Positions 9,718-19,149 of a DNA stretch of 64,000 bases are shown here, one piece after another; position 1 is the stretch's first letter; each line of letters opens with the position of its first letter. Origin of the DNA: Alphaproteobacteria bacterium UBA1185 (GTDB lineage Bacteria > Pseudomonadota > Alphaproteobacteria > Rs-D84); the NCBI GenBank assembly GCA_002310415.1, contig DBYN01000004.1:64009-128008 (forward strand). Reading direction: 5' to 3'. The translations under genes and the position numbers were made by a program. A model generated the notes under the pieces. That model did not search any database and had not been told where the DNA came from. It was given only the letters and a program-made list of their open reading frames with translations.

Positions 9718-9746
9718 ATTATAGCAAAAAGGTACCTTTAATTCAA
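9718..9746 (-). promoter_or_regulatory. Candidate hybrid sigma70 promoter TTGAAT-17-TATAAT facing gene A
   Basis: The -10 TATAAT (rc of 9718-9723) lies in the fixed flank. The -35 TTGAAT (rc of 9741-9746) spans the IR/core junction, so it exists only in this core orientation. Confidence 0.4.
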
Positions 9747-9890
9747 CATATTTTTTTATACTTTTACATTTTTTAATGATTTTTGACATTAATTCTCTAA
9801 CTCCCGTGGATTTATTGAGATACAGCGATTTTTATCACTGATATTTTATTGACAATATTTTGTTTTGAACGTAAAAATTAAAGGTACGTT
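9729..9890. promoter_or_regulatory. Invertible DNA switch, copy A: 15-bp IRs (9729-9743, 9876-9890) flanking a 132-bp core (9744-9875)
   Basis: The core equals the reverse complement of 57767-57898 (126/132 identical), while both flanks are co-linear with the twin locus. The IRs are AAGGTACCTTTAATT and AATTAAAGGTACGTT (14/15). Confidence 0.8.
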
Positions 9891-10077
9891 AAAACTTTAT
9901 ACTGCCCGCTCAACCCCACAGATTTCCGGGAGTATTTCCAGACACCAATTCTCCCCTTTTTTTTGGGGGGAGTACAACACAGCCTGGAAGGAGGTAAAAA
10001 ATCCAAATACAAAATAAATTTCGTAAATTGGTATTAAAAAAACTATTGTACCAGACGTGCGGTTCGACAAACTGATA

Positions 10078-10110
10078 ATAAAAAAACACCACCCAATCAA
10101 GAGTGGTGTT
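10078..10110 (-). terminator. Terminator downstream of mscL
   Basis: AACACCAC...GTGGTGTT hairpin with an A run on the plus strand (a U run on the minus transcript). Confidence 0.7.
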
Positions 10111-10127
10111 TATCACTTGATTTACAA

Positions 10128-10679
10128 TTATATTTTATTCGCAACTTTTTTAGCAACCTTGGTCACCTTTAACACTTTACCCTTTAAAGTTTTTAAACCC
10201 TTTGCTAAATCTGTATCTTCTGCGGGCCCAATTTCTTCTGGTTTAACAGCAGAACAACAAAATGCGCATTTTGTCGCCAATTTACTTATAGTTTGTTTAC
10301 AATACGGACACGCACGTGTTGTAACTGGTGCTTTGCTGCGTGCAGAATTAACAATTTTTACAAAGATAAATATCGCAACCATTGTTATCAAGAAACTGAT
10401 TACCGCATTCAAAAACGTTCCTATGTTCAAAGTAGTTGCACCCGCAGCCTGAGCCGCCACCATAGTATTATAATGAACACCTGGTTCACCGCCACCCAAC
10501 ACATAGAACCACTGTGAAAAATCAACATTACCAACCAACAACCCGACTGGTGGCATAATAACATCTTTAACCAAAGAATTAACAACACTGGTCATCACAG
10601 ACCCAACGATAATACCCACAGCCATATCAATTGCACTGCCTTTGTTAATAAATGCTTTAAAGTCTTTAATGATTTTCAT
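10128..10679 (-). CDS. mscL: Large-conductance mechanosensitive channel MscL with C-terminal CxxC..CxxCC extension
   Basis: The N-terminus MKIIKDFKAFINKGSAIDMAVGIIVGSVMTSVVNSLVKDVIMPPVG is typical of MscL. The extra C-terminal part contains CPYCKQTISKLATKCAFCC. Confidence 0.9.
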   Translation of the reverse strand: MKIIKDFKAFINKGSAIDMAVGIIVGSVMTSVVNSLVKDVIMPPVGLLVGNVDFSQWFYVLGGGEPGVHYNTMVAAQAAGATTLNIGTFLNAVISFLITMVAIFIFVKIVNSARSKAPVTTRACPYCKQTISKLATKCAFCCSAVKPEEIGPAEDTDLAKGLKTLKGKVLKVTKVAKKVANKI

Positions 10680-11239
10680 TATTTTTCTCCTTGTTTATTT
10701 ATGTGTTTTTCTATTGCATCCAAAACTTTGTTCAAAGTCCGATGGATATTTTCATCTTTGGTTTCAACCATAACATCCGCCAAAGCATAAACATCATAGC
10801 GTTCTTTTATCAATTGAGCCAAAATTTGACGACTGTCTGTATTCAATAACTGTGGTCTGGTATGGCGAAAATTTGTTCTTTTTACCAACAGTTCCAAATC
10901 AGCCTTTAACCAAATCGTTAATGATTTCTTTAAAACAATATCACGAACAGTGTCAGTTATAAATGCACCCTCACCCGTAGAAATAACCTTTACCAACGGC
11001 GGTGTTTCCAATAATCTTTCAATAACTTTTTCTTCTACACGACGGAACTCTTTTTCGCCATACATCGCAAAAATATCAACAACACTGCAACCCGCCGCTT
11101 TTTCAATTTCTTTGTCAGAATCAACAAACGGGATACCCAAACGTCGTGCCAAAGCACGCCCCACACTGGTCTTACCCGCGCCCATCAAACCAACCATTAC
11201 AATTGGTTTATTTAATTCTGTCTGTGTTTTAATTCTCAT
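10679..11239 (-). CDS. aroK: Shikimate kinase
   Basis: P-loop GLMGAGKTSVGRALARRLGIPFVDSD. The track start at 11287 is a TTG that gives a hydrophobic extension. ATG 11239 (MRIKTQ...) is preferred and ATG 11257 is also possible; neither has a clear SD. Confidence 0.8.
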   Translation of the reverse strand: MRIKTQTELNKPIVMVGLMGAGKTSVGRALARRLGIPFVDSDKEIEKAAGCSVVDIFAMYGEKEFRRVEEKVIERLLETPPLVKVISTGEGAFITDTVRDIVLKKSLTIWLKADLELLVKRTNFRHTRPQLLNTDSRQILAQLIKERYDVYALADVMVETKDENIHRTLNKVLDAIEKHINKQGEK

Positions 11240-11283
11240 GATTTTATATTTTATCATAAATATTAAAACAGACAATAAAAAAT

Positions 11284-12348
11284 TCAATCCAACGCCGCCA
11301 ATCTTTCCAATTGATCAGCCGAAATCAGCGCATCTATCATTTCGTCCAGACCTTCGCCACCCGCCAAAATATCGTCCAATTTATACAAAGTCAATTTAAT
11401 ACGATGATCTGTTACACGTTGTTCTGGAAAATTATAAGTTCTGATTTTTTCACTTCTGTCACCAGAACCAACCATACTGCGACGCGATGCATTTGATGCA
11501 TTCATTTGTTCACTGCGTTGCTTTTCATATAAACGTGAACGTAACACAGCCATCGCAGTTGCTTTGTTTTGTAATTGCGAACGTTCATTTTGACACGTTA
11601 CAACTATACCCGTTGGAAAATGAGTAATACGAATCGCAGAATCTGTTTTATTAACGTGTTGACCACCTGCCCCAGATGCACGGAAAATATCTATACGAAT
11701 ATCTTTGTCATCAATCACAACATCAATATCTTTTGCCTCTGGCATAACAGCGACAGATGCAGCAGATGTATGAATACGACCAGCCGCTTCTGTTTCAGGC
11801 ACGCGTTGCACACGATGAATACCAGATTCAAATTTTAATCTGGCATACACACCAATCCCATCAACTTTGAAAATGATTTCTTTGTATCCGCGCAACGAAG
11901 TTGCATTTTCTTCGATGATTTCAATTTTCCATCCATGACGAAGAGCATAAGATTGATACTGTCTGAATAAATCACCAGCAAACAAAGCCGATTCTTCCCC
12001 ACCGACACCTGCACGAATTTCTACAATCGCACTGTTATCATCTGCACTATCACGTGGCAACAAAGCAATCTGCAAATCGCGCTCTAAATCCGGCAAAGCA
12101 TGTTTTAATTCGTTTAATTGTTCTTCGGCTATACCCTTTAATTCAGGGTCAGAAAGCATTTCATTTGCGTCTTTGATTCCCTGCTCTGTTTGCAGATATT
12201 TATCTATTAATGGTAATACTTCGGATAATTGCGAATATTCTTTGGATAATCGTGTCAATTCATCACCAGATATTTCACCAGAATTCATTTTTGATTCAAT
12301 GTCTTTGGCACGCGATTTTATGTCCAATAATTTATCTTTGATAATCAT
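11284..12348 (-). CDS. prfA: Peptide chain release factor 1
   Basis: GGQ motif ([19 protein letters not shown]) and a PxT-type tripeptide ([15 protein letters not shown]) indicate RF1. The stop is TGA at 11284-11286. Confidence 0.95.
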   Translation of the reverse strand: MIIKDKLLDIKSRAKDIESKMNSGEISGDELTRLSKEYSQLSEVLPLIDKYLQTEQGIKDANEMLSDPELKGIAEEQLNELKHALPDLERDLQIALLPRDSADDNSAIVEIRAGVGGEESALFAGDLFRQYQSYALRHGWKIEIIEENATSLRGYKEIIFKVDGIGVYARLKFESGIHRVQRVPETEAAGRIHTSAASVAVMPEAKDIDVVIDDKDIRIDIFRASGAGGQHVNKTDSAIRITHFPTGIVVTCQNERSQLQNKATAMAVLRSRLYEKQRSEQMNASNASRRSMVGSGDRSEKIRTYNFPEQRVTDHRIKLTLYKLDDILAGGEGLDEMIDALISADQLERLAALD

Positions 12349-12349
12349 A

Positions 12350-13642
12350 TTATTTCACCTTTATCTTTTGAACAACCGCATCAATCGCGACAGATTCTTG
12401 AAGCCCAGATTCCATATTTTTCAAAGACACTATTTTGTTTGCTACTTCATCATCGCCAATGATAATGCTGTTTTTTGCACCGATTTTATTGGCGTATTCA
12501 ATTTGATTTTTGAATTTTTTATCAGTATCCAAATACGGCACAGCAACAATTCCACTTTCACGCAATTTTGCAACCAGTTCCATAGCATACGAAACATTTT
12601 GTTGCCCCATAACCAAGACAGCGACATCAACAATATTTTCAAATCTTGATAAATCGATTTTGTTGTCTTCCATTAAACCAACCAGCATTTTGGAATAACC
12701 AACACCAGAACCAACACCAACGATTTTGGTCTTAGAAAATTTAGAAGCCAAGTTTTCATAACGACCACCACCACCAACCGCGCCCATTTCTGGAAAATCT
12801 TTCAAAAAGAATTCAAACACTATGCCGGTATAATAAGAATGTCCACGCATTATTGAAACATCTATTACAGCATCCTTTACACCCATTGTTTTTAATATTT
12901 CCATTAAATCGTCCATTTCTTTGACAGATTCAGACAATTTAGCAGATTTATCAGCAAATGATTTATATCCCGATGCAAAAACATCTTCAATTATATTTGC
13001 ATTTTGTTCACCAACAATTTCAATCAAAGCATCATTAAAATCTGCAAGTTTATCGCGTTTATCAATTAAAACGAATGCTTCACGACTTTGTTTATCGTCC
13101 AATTTCAGATATTCAAACATTGCATTCCAGAATTTACGGTTACTAATTCTGACTTCTGTTTTACCAATAAATTCAGATATGGAATCGTAAGCCATCATCA
13201 AAGTCGCGATAATTTCCGCTTCATAATTTGTTGACAATGAATTTATACCCATTATATCTAAATCCATCTGATAAAATTCACGATAGCGACCACGTTGGGT
13301 ACGTTCACCACGATACCGTTTTGAAAACTGTGCAGCACGAAACGGAAACACCAAATCGTTCAAATGACCAGCAACATAACGCGACAGACCAACTGTTCCG
13401 TCATAACGTAATCCCATTTTTGTATCACCTTTTTGAAACAAATACATCTGGGTTTCTATTTCAGCCCAATTATCTTTATCACTTAATACCTCTGCCCGTT
13501 CAATTGCTGGCAAATCCAACACAGAAAAACCCGCAATACGCAAAACAGCCAACATGCGTTGCGCACAATAATCAAAACAACGTTGTTGCACGGGTAACAA
13601 TTCTATAAATCCGGTCAAAGGTTTTGTTGGTTTCAAATCCAT
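12350..13642 (-). CDS. hisS: Histidyl-tRNA synthetase
   Basis: Class II motifs ([20 protein letters not shown]). The track start at 13651 is a GTG inside the SD. ATG at 13642 is preceded by AAAGGTGA. Confidence 0.93.
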   Translation of the reverse strand: MDLKPTKPLTGFIELLPVQQRCFDYCAQRMLAVLRIAGFSVLDLPAIERAEVLSDKDNWAEIETQMYLFQKGDTKMGLRYDGTVGLSRYVAGHLNDLVFPFRAAQFSKRYRGERTQRGRYREFYQMDLDIMGINSLSTNYEAEIIATLMMAYDSISEFIGKTEVRISNRKFWNAMFEYLKLDDKQSREAFVLIDKRDKLADFNDALIEIVGEQNANIIEDVFASGYKSFADKSAKLSESVKEMDDLMEILKTMGVKDAVIDVSIMRGHSYYTGIVFEFFLKDFPEMGAVGGGGRYENLASKFSKTKIVGVGSGVGYSKMLVGLMEDNKIDLSRFENIVDVAVLVMGQQNVSYAMELVAKLRESGIVAVPYLDTDKKFKNQIEYANKIGAKNSIIIGDDEVANKIVSLKNMESGLQESVAIDAVVQKIKVK

Positions 13643-13825
13643 TTTTTTCACCTTTTAATTAAATTAGTAAATTCTTATCGTTTCTATAACGACCATTATA
13701 TCATAAAAAATATGAAAATGCTAGAAACACACACCCAAACGGGCGTGATGCAAAAAAGATGAAAAAGATACAAATTTATTCATCATCATAAGGCGATTAT
13801 AGCAATAATATTTTAAATTTGCAAT

Positions 13826-13850
13826 AAAAAACCCGCAAATGCGGGCTTTT
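13826..13850 (-). terminator. Terminator downstream of 13855..15015
   Basis: CCCGC-aaat-GCGGG with flanking A/T runs. Confidence 0.6.
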
Positions 13851-13854
13851 AAAA

Positions 13855-15015
13855 TTACCATCTTAAACCGACGCGGAATTCATCGCCCCAATCAGCAATC
13901 TTTTGACCACCGACCGAACAATTCAACGCATCAAATCCTTTTTCAACCTGTGCCTTTTTAATCAAGACACCAGAAACCACACCACCAACTGTTCCCAACA
14001 CAACACCAGCGGTCAAATCAGATGCCAAACGAACACCATTAAATGAACCATCTGCATTTTTCCAAACACTGCGGTCTGAATCAATTTTTTTGAAAAATTC
14101 AGACACCCTGTTATAAGCCCCAGAAACATTAGCATCGTTACCATCACCATTACCCGCGGTTGAACCACCAGATTGATTACGCCACGTTGCATCACTATCA
14201 CCAGCCGAACCACTGAAACCATTATTATCTTTGACTTCAACTTTAACACCTGATGATTCTGTTCCACACATTTCATCTATCTTATCTTTGTATTGTTCCA
14301 ACCCAAGTTTTACAATTTCTTCTTTTGAAACATCTTTATCTTTAACTTGTATACTAACATTTTGCAATATTTCTGTTTTGGTATCAGAACATGTAACAAT
14401 TATACTTCCACGCCAATAACAGTTACCTTCCGTACATTTGTCTGGTTCTTTCTTGGGTTCTTCTTTTTTATCACAGTGACATGCAGCATATGCCTTACCC
14501 CCAATTAGTTTTACAACACCTTGGCTTTTGCGCAACATGCCATTTGCTTTGCTCGAATCAATGACATAAGGCACACATTTATCACCATCGCTTATTTTAC
14601 AAGTATCATCACATGCATTTGTACATATATTTTCTGCTTCTTGTTTGGTATGACAATAGCCACTAATAAGAGCGTTTTGCTGTTTTTGTGCGTCGTCCTT
14701 ATTATGAAATACCAACGGCATTAACTTACCCGCTTCACAACTTTGTGCAGCACAACGTAAACTTCCATTTTTAAATTGTACACATTTACCGTTTGTACCC
14801 GATTCAGGCGTACAATTGTCACCCACCTTTCCACAATTCGACTTAAAATCTTTCTCTTTAAATTCTGGCAAAGCGCATACATCATCCGTCATATACCCAG
14901 TCAAAGCATAAGACAAAGCCTTTGAACCAAACGTAGTCGTTATTCCCCATGCGGACTTTGATACAAAACCACCACAGACAAGCATAACTGATAAAGCAGA
15001 TACAAATTTTTTCAT
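13855..15015 (-). CDS. Secreted Cys-rich hypothetical protein with C-terminal hydrophobic segment
   Basis: Signal-like N-terminus MKKFVSALSVMLVCGGFVSKSAWG, many Cys residues, and a Gly/Val-rich hydrophobic stretch (AGVVLGTVGGVVSGVLI) near the C-terminus. An SD (GGAAAGGAAG) lies upstream. Confidence 0.6.
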   Translation of the reverse strand: MKKFVSALSVMLVCGGFVSKSAWGITTTFGSKALSYALTGYMTDDVCALPEFKEKDFKSNCGKVGDNCTPESGTNGKCVQFKNGSLRCAAQSCEAGKLMPLVFHNKDDAQKQQNALISGYCHTKQEAENICTNACDDTCKISDGDKCVPYVIDSSKANGMLRKSQGVVKLIGGKAYAACHCDKKEEPKKEPDKCTEGNCYWRGSIIVTCSDTKTEILQNVSIQVKDKDVSKEEIVKLGLEQYKDKIDEMCGTESSGVKVEVKDNNGFSGSAGDSDATWRNQSGGSTAGNGDGNDANVSGAYNRVSEFFKKIDSDRSVWKNADGSFNGVRLASDLTAGVVLGTVGGVVSGVLIKKAQVEKGFDALNCSVGGQKIADWGDEFRVGLRW

Positions 15016-15097
15016 AATTTCTTCCTTTCCTATGCGTATTATGATATCACAAAAACACTATTAAACAAAGCATTTTTTATACCATATCCGTATTTTT

Positions 15098-15802
15098 TTA
15101 AAAATATCGATGTAATTCACAGCCGTTTTTATTCAGCCATCTTTTTGCACGTTCCACCCCAAAACCATATAGTTTTGAAACACATGCCCAAAATTCAGGC
15201 GAATGATCCATATGTTCACGATGCGCTAATTCATGCATCACAACATATCGCATTACTTCGTATGGGGCAAACGCCAATCGCCAAGAAAAAGATATATTCC
15301 CATTTGATGAACACGATCCCCATCGCGATGTTGTATCCCGCAAAGATATATGTTTTGGCCAATATTGTTTTGGTGTTGTTTTTATTATTTCTTTAATTTC
15401 CATCAACAATTCAGATTTAACAAAATCACGAACACGTCTTTCGAACATATCCACCCCACCCCCAACACATAACGTTGTTTTATCACTGTCCAAATATTTG
15501 TTGGAACGCAAACTACCTTCGTGCTTTAACTTAACAATTCGTCCCAAAAATTCAATTGTATCATCTGGTTTTAAATGTTCTTTTTTGGGCGCGCACACGA
15601 AAATATTTTCAATCCATTTACGCTTTGATTCCAAAAATTTCATAACAAAAGCATTTGATGTTATCCATGGCTTTGAAATATGTATTTCAAAATTCGGGGT
15701 TGTTTTTGGTCGCAACGTTACATTACGCGCACCACGTCGTGTTTCTATGACAACAGGCACCACACAACCAGAAGACAAAGTAAAATTATTTTCAGATGAC
15801 AT
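15098..15802 (-). CDS. YgjP-like (DUF45/M48 family) metal-dependent hydrolase
   Basis: WGSCSSNGNISFSWRL followed by HELAHREHMDHSPEFW (HExxH) is typical of the family. The ATG overlaps the tkt stop (TAATG). Confidence 0.8.
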   Translation of the reverse strand: MSSENNFTLSSGCVVPVVIETRRGARNVTLRPKTTPNFEIHISKPWITSNAFVMKFLESKRKWIENIFVCAPKKEHLKPDDTIEFLGRIVKLKHEGSLRSNKYLDSDKTTLCVGGGVDMFERRVRDFVKSELLMEIKEIIKTTPKQYWPKHISLRDTTSRWGSCSSNGNISFSWRLAFAPYEVMRYVVMHELAHREHMDHSPEFWACVSKLYGFGVERAKRWLNKNGCELHRYF

Positions 15803-17577
15803 TATTTTATATATCTTTGAATTTCTTTGATAATTTTATCCACCGAAAAACCAAATTCATTATAAAGCGTATCCGAATCGCCCGACGCACCAAAAGAATC
15901 AATACCAATTACTGCATCTGCAATTTCAAACCAATTTCCGGGGGCAGCCGCTTCGATTGCTATTACACATCCACGCAGCATTTGATTTTTATATCTGTCA
16001 TCTTGATTACGAAATGTATTCATATTTACCACAGATACAACCTGAACATTTTTAAAACGCGATGCAATTTCTACTGCCAATGGAATTTCACTTCCAGTCG
16101 ATAAAATCGTTGTTTTTGCATGACCAGATTTAGCGGGATAAATTACATATGCACCCCGCGATAAATCTGAATCACGTGGTGTTGGAATTTGTTTAAATTT
16201 CTGACGAGATAAAATTATCGCAGATGGATTTTCCGTATCATTTATCGAACTGTTCCAAGCGTATGCAATTTCGGTCATATTGCATGGACGATATACATTT
16301 AAATTCGGTATTAAACGCAATGAAGGCAATTGTTCAATCGGCTGATGCGTTGGACCATCTTCCCCCACACAAATACTGTCATGCGAAAAAACATATACAG
16401 GTGACAAATGTGACAAAGCCGCCAAACGAATCGCGGGTTTCATATAATCACTGAACGCCAAAAATGTAGAGCCAACTGGACGCAATCCCCCCACACACAG
16501 CCCATTCATTATTGCGCCCATTGCATGTTCACGCACACCATAATTTATGTAATTACCATCAAATTTATTTGAAACTATGTCTTTTGAAAAATGTGTTTTG
16601 ACACGTGTGTTATCCGCCAAATCAGCAGACCCAGTTATCAAATCTGCACCCGCCCCCATCAGTAAATCCAAGTATATTCCGGATAATTCGCGTGTGGCAA
16701 TATGTTCCGGTGTCTTTGGTATTTTTATACGATTTAACGCGATAATCGCCTTGTTTGTCTTTGCGATTGGACGCCCACAAACTATACGCCATAAACGCTG
16801 ACCTTCTGTATCCATATTTTCAGAAATCAATCGTAATAATTCACTTTCCGACAAAGCCAAACCATGCGCCTTTGATGTATTTGCAACAGACGAACCACGT
16901 CCCAAGATATTTTTACATTGAATAAATACAGGTGATGTCGATTTCTTTGCGCGTTCCAAAGCCCGCTCAATTGATGAAATATCTTCGCCATGTACAGACA
17001 TTACATTCCACCCCATTGAACGCATACGCGCATTTATATCCATATCAGTCTGCGCAACCCCATCTATGCTGAATTTATTATCGTCCCACAACACAACCAA
17101 ATTATTTAAATTTAAACGACCCGCCAAAGCCATGGATTCAAATGCAACACCTTCCATTAAATCGCCATCTGAACACAAACAATAAGTCATGGCACGAATG
17201 CCACGTATTTTCTGGGACAGCGCCAGACCAACAGCATTTCCAACACCCTGGCCCAACGGTCCAGTTGTTGCATCAACACCATCAATTCCATATTCTGGAT
17301 GTCCAGGTAAACCGTTAAATTTTCTAAAACTGCGCAAATCACCAACATTGTAACCAGATAATTTTAACACAGAATATAACAAAGCACTGCCATGACCAGC
17401 AGACAAAACAAACCTGTCTATGCCACGTCGCAAATGATTTGCAAAGATACAAGTTATGATTTCCGCCGCATCTAACACTATACCGACATGCCCACTGCGC
17501 GCAGACAAAATCGCACCCAGTGCGTTCGCACGCACTGCTTTCGACATTTGTAGTAATTGTTTGGCATTAAATTTCAT
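15802..17577 (-). CDS. tkt: Transketolase (short, 591 aa)
   Basis: Motifs SGHVGIVLDAAE, SAGHGSALLYSVLKLSGY, GPLGQGVGNAVGLA and DGDLMEGV (TPP binding). Confidence 0.93.
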   Translation of the reverse strand: MKFNAKQLLQMSKAVRANALGAILSARSGHVGIVLDAAEIITCIFANHLRRGIDRFVLSAGHGSALLYSVLKLSGYNVGDLRSFRKFNGLPGHPEYGIDGVDATTGPLGQGVGNAVGLALSQKIRGIRAMTYCLCSDGDLMEGVAFESMALAGRLNLNNLVVLWDDNKFSIDGVAQTDMDINARMRSMGWNVMSVHGEDISSIERALERAKKSTSPVFIQCKNILGRGSSVANTSKAHGLALSESELLRLISENMDTEGQRLWRIVCGRPIAKTNKAIIALNRIKIPKTPEHIATRELSGIYLDLLMGAGADLITGSADLADNTRVKTHFSKDIVSNKFDGNYINYGVREHAMGAIMNGLCVGGLRPVGSTFLAFSDYMKPAIRLAALSHLSPVYVFSHDSICVGEDGPTHQPIEQLPSLRLIPNLNVYRPCNMTEIAYAWNSSINDTENPSAIILSRQKFKQIPTPRDSDLSRGAYVIYPAKSGHAKTTILSTGSEIPLAVEIASRFKNVQVVSVVNMNTFRNQDDRYKNQMLRGCVIAIEAAAPGNWFEIADAVIGIDSFGASGDSDTLYNEFGFSVDKIIKEIQRYIK

Positions 17578-17613
17578 TTTATGATATTATATCACAAAGA
17601 AAGGTGAAATAAA

Positions 17614-18042
17614 ATGTTAAAAATATGGACAGATGGAAGTTGTTTAGGTAACCCAGGCCCAGGCGGATGGGGCTTTGTAGCCACAGACGGAATACATACC
17701 GCCGAGCGTTCTGGTGGTGAAAAAGACACAACGAACAACAAAATGGAATTGACTGCTGTGATTCGGGCTTTACGTGCTGCACGCAAACATAGTGAAGTTG
17801 AAATTCATACAGACAGCCAATATGTTAAAAACGGCATGCAATCTTGGATAAAAAATTGGAAGAAAAACAACTGGAAAACCGCAGATAAAAAGCCAGTTAA
17901 AAATCAAGAATTATGGCAGGAGTTGGATGAATTGGCTTCCAAAATAAAAATTCATTGGGTTTGGGTCAAGGGTCATGCTGGCGAAGAATTTAATGAAATG
18001 GTTGATACATTGGCACGAAGCGTCGCCGAATCATTTAAGTAA
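17614..18042 (+). CDS. rnhA: Ribonuclease HI
   Basis: Motifs IWTDGSCLGNPGPGGWG and TNNKMELTAVIRAL. SD AAAGGTGA lies upstream. Confidence 0.93.
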   Translation: MLKIWTDGSCLGNPGPGGWGFVATDGIHTAERSGGEKDTTNNKMELTAVIRALRAARKHSEVEIHTDSQYVKNGMQSWIKNWKKNNWKTADKKPVKNQELWQELDELASKIKIHWVWVKGHAGEEFNEMVDTLARSVAESFK

Positions 18043-18076
18043 AAAATACCCCGAAATTTTTCGGGGTGTTTTTTTA
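18041..18076. terminator. Bidirectional terminator between rnhA and the ankyrin gene
   Basis: ACCCCGAAA/TTTCGGGGT hairpin flanked by A and T runs. Confidence 0.8.
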
Positions 18077-18535
18077 TTTTGTTTTGACATTGGCATCTAA
18101 TAGTTTTTGTTTCTTATCATTATAACGTGTCAAAAGATGCTCATATAGATACCCTTGTACTATTGCCGACCCATACTTTCCTGCTATATCAAAAACATTT
18201 TTATCAGCTTTATTCACTATATCTAAATCTATGTCGCAATGTGTTAATAAATAATATTCTACATCATTATGATTATTTTCTACAGCAAACATTATTGCTG
18301 TATCTCCTTTGATATTTTGTAAATTTGCATTTGCCCCGTTTTTAATGCAATATTCAACTGTGGGTAAATCTCCATACCTAGCAGCAAACATTAAGCCTGT
18401 CATTCCTGATTTATCTTGTGCATTTATATCCGATAAACTTTTTAAAAAATTTCTCATTCCAACTGTATCTGCATACTCAAATACTGTACTAAACGAAAGT
18501 GGAAGATATTTACTTTTTGCATTTTTTTTCGTCAT
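18074..18535 (-). CDS. Ankyrin-repeat protein
   Basis: ANK consensus segments (GMTGLMFAARYGDLPTVEYCIKNGANANLQNIKGDTAIMFAVENNH). Confidence 0.8.
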   Translation of the reverse strand: MTKKNAKSKYLPLSFSTVFEYADTVGMRNFLKSLSDINAQDKSGMTGLMFAARYGDLPTVEYCIKNGANANLQNIKGDTAIMFAVENNHNDVEYYLLTHCDIDLDIVNKADKNVFDIAGKYGSAIVQGYLYEHLLTRYNDKKQKLLDANVKTK

Positions 18536-18537
18536 TT

Positions 18538-19092
18538 TTAGAAACTCCTTATGTTAATTTCTTCTTTTTTCTTAGACAATATCCGCTTAACTATATCTGG
18601 ATATTTTTTCTTGTGCAACTCTGGCCAAAGCTGATATCCAGATGGATTTATTACATAAGCATCATCCAAAGAATCAAAATAGTGCCATACCACCCCATAT
18701 AAAAACTGGGTACGGGTACAATCATCAAACAAACATACATGATCCAAAGAATTTCTCACAAACAAAGTACATCTGTGCGTTACATATGAATCAATCAATC
18801 TAAAATTATCCCTTTCGCCCAATAGTCCAAAATCATTATGTAGTGGTACTTCAGATTCATCACCATACTCTTTGATAGTCCCCTTTTTATTTATCATATT
18901 ATAAAGTTTTACCACCCTTCTCAATTCATAAGGCAGCAGTTTATCACCAGCTGATTTTTCCCAGTAATTTTTACATAATGTTTTAAAAAAGTTTGGGACA
19001 GAACCAAATTCAATTCCTGTTTCTAAGTGGTTATAATCTATTTCAGGTATAGTTTGGAACAATTCAAAAACCACTTCTTTACCTATTATCAT
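18538..19092 (-). CDS. Hypothetical protein, 184 aa
   Basis: ATG start. It abuts the downstream ankyrin gene with a 2-nt gap. No confident family assignment. Confidence 0.55.
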   Translation of the reverse strand: MIIGKEVVFELFQTIPEIDYNHLETGIEFGSVPNFFKTLCKNYWEKSAGDKLLPYELRRVVKLYNMINKKGTIKEYGDESEVPLHNDFGLLGERDNFRLIDSYVTHRCTLFVRNSLDHVCLFDDCTRTQFLYGVVWHYFDSLDDAYVINPSGYQLWPELHKKKYPDIVKRILSKKKEEINIRSF

Positions 19093-19149
19093 TTTTATAC
19101 CTTGTTATTTTACAGTCGCATAATACACTAAACAAAATGATTGTCAAGA

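Noticed and set aside
10057-10452. 131-aa plus-strand ORF that could be driven by the outward-facing switch promoter at copy A
   Set aside because: It lies antisense to the well-conserved mscL, has no SD, and has no counterpart at copy B.
11240-11287. aroK starting at 11287, overlapping the prfA stop
   Set aside because: The codon is TTG, and the resulting 16-aa extension ([16 protein letters not shown]) is hydrophobic and unlike shikimate kinases. Coupling via this start cannot be fully excluded, so the feature carries a start-uncertainty note.
15836-15844. DnaA-box-like TTATCCACC
   Set aside because: It is a single 8/9 match inside the tkt coding region, with no cluster and no adjacent AT-rich unwinding element.
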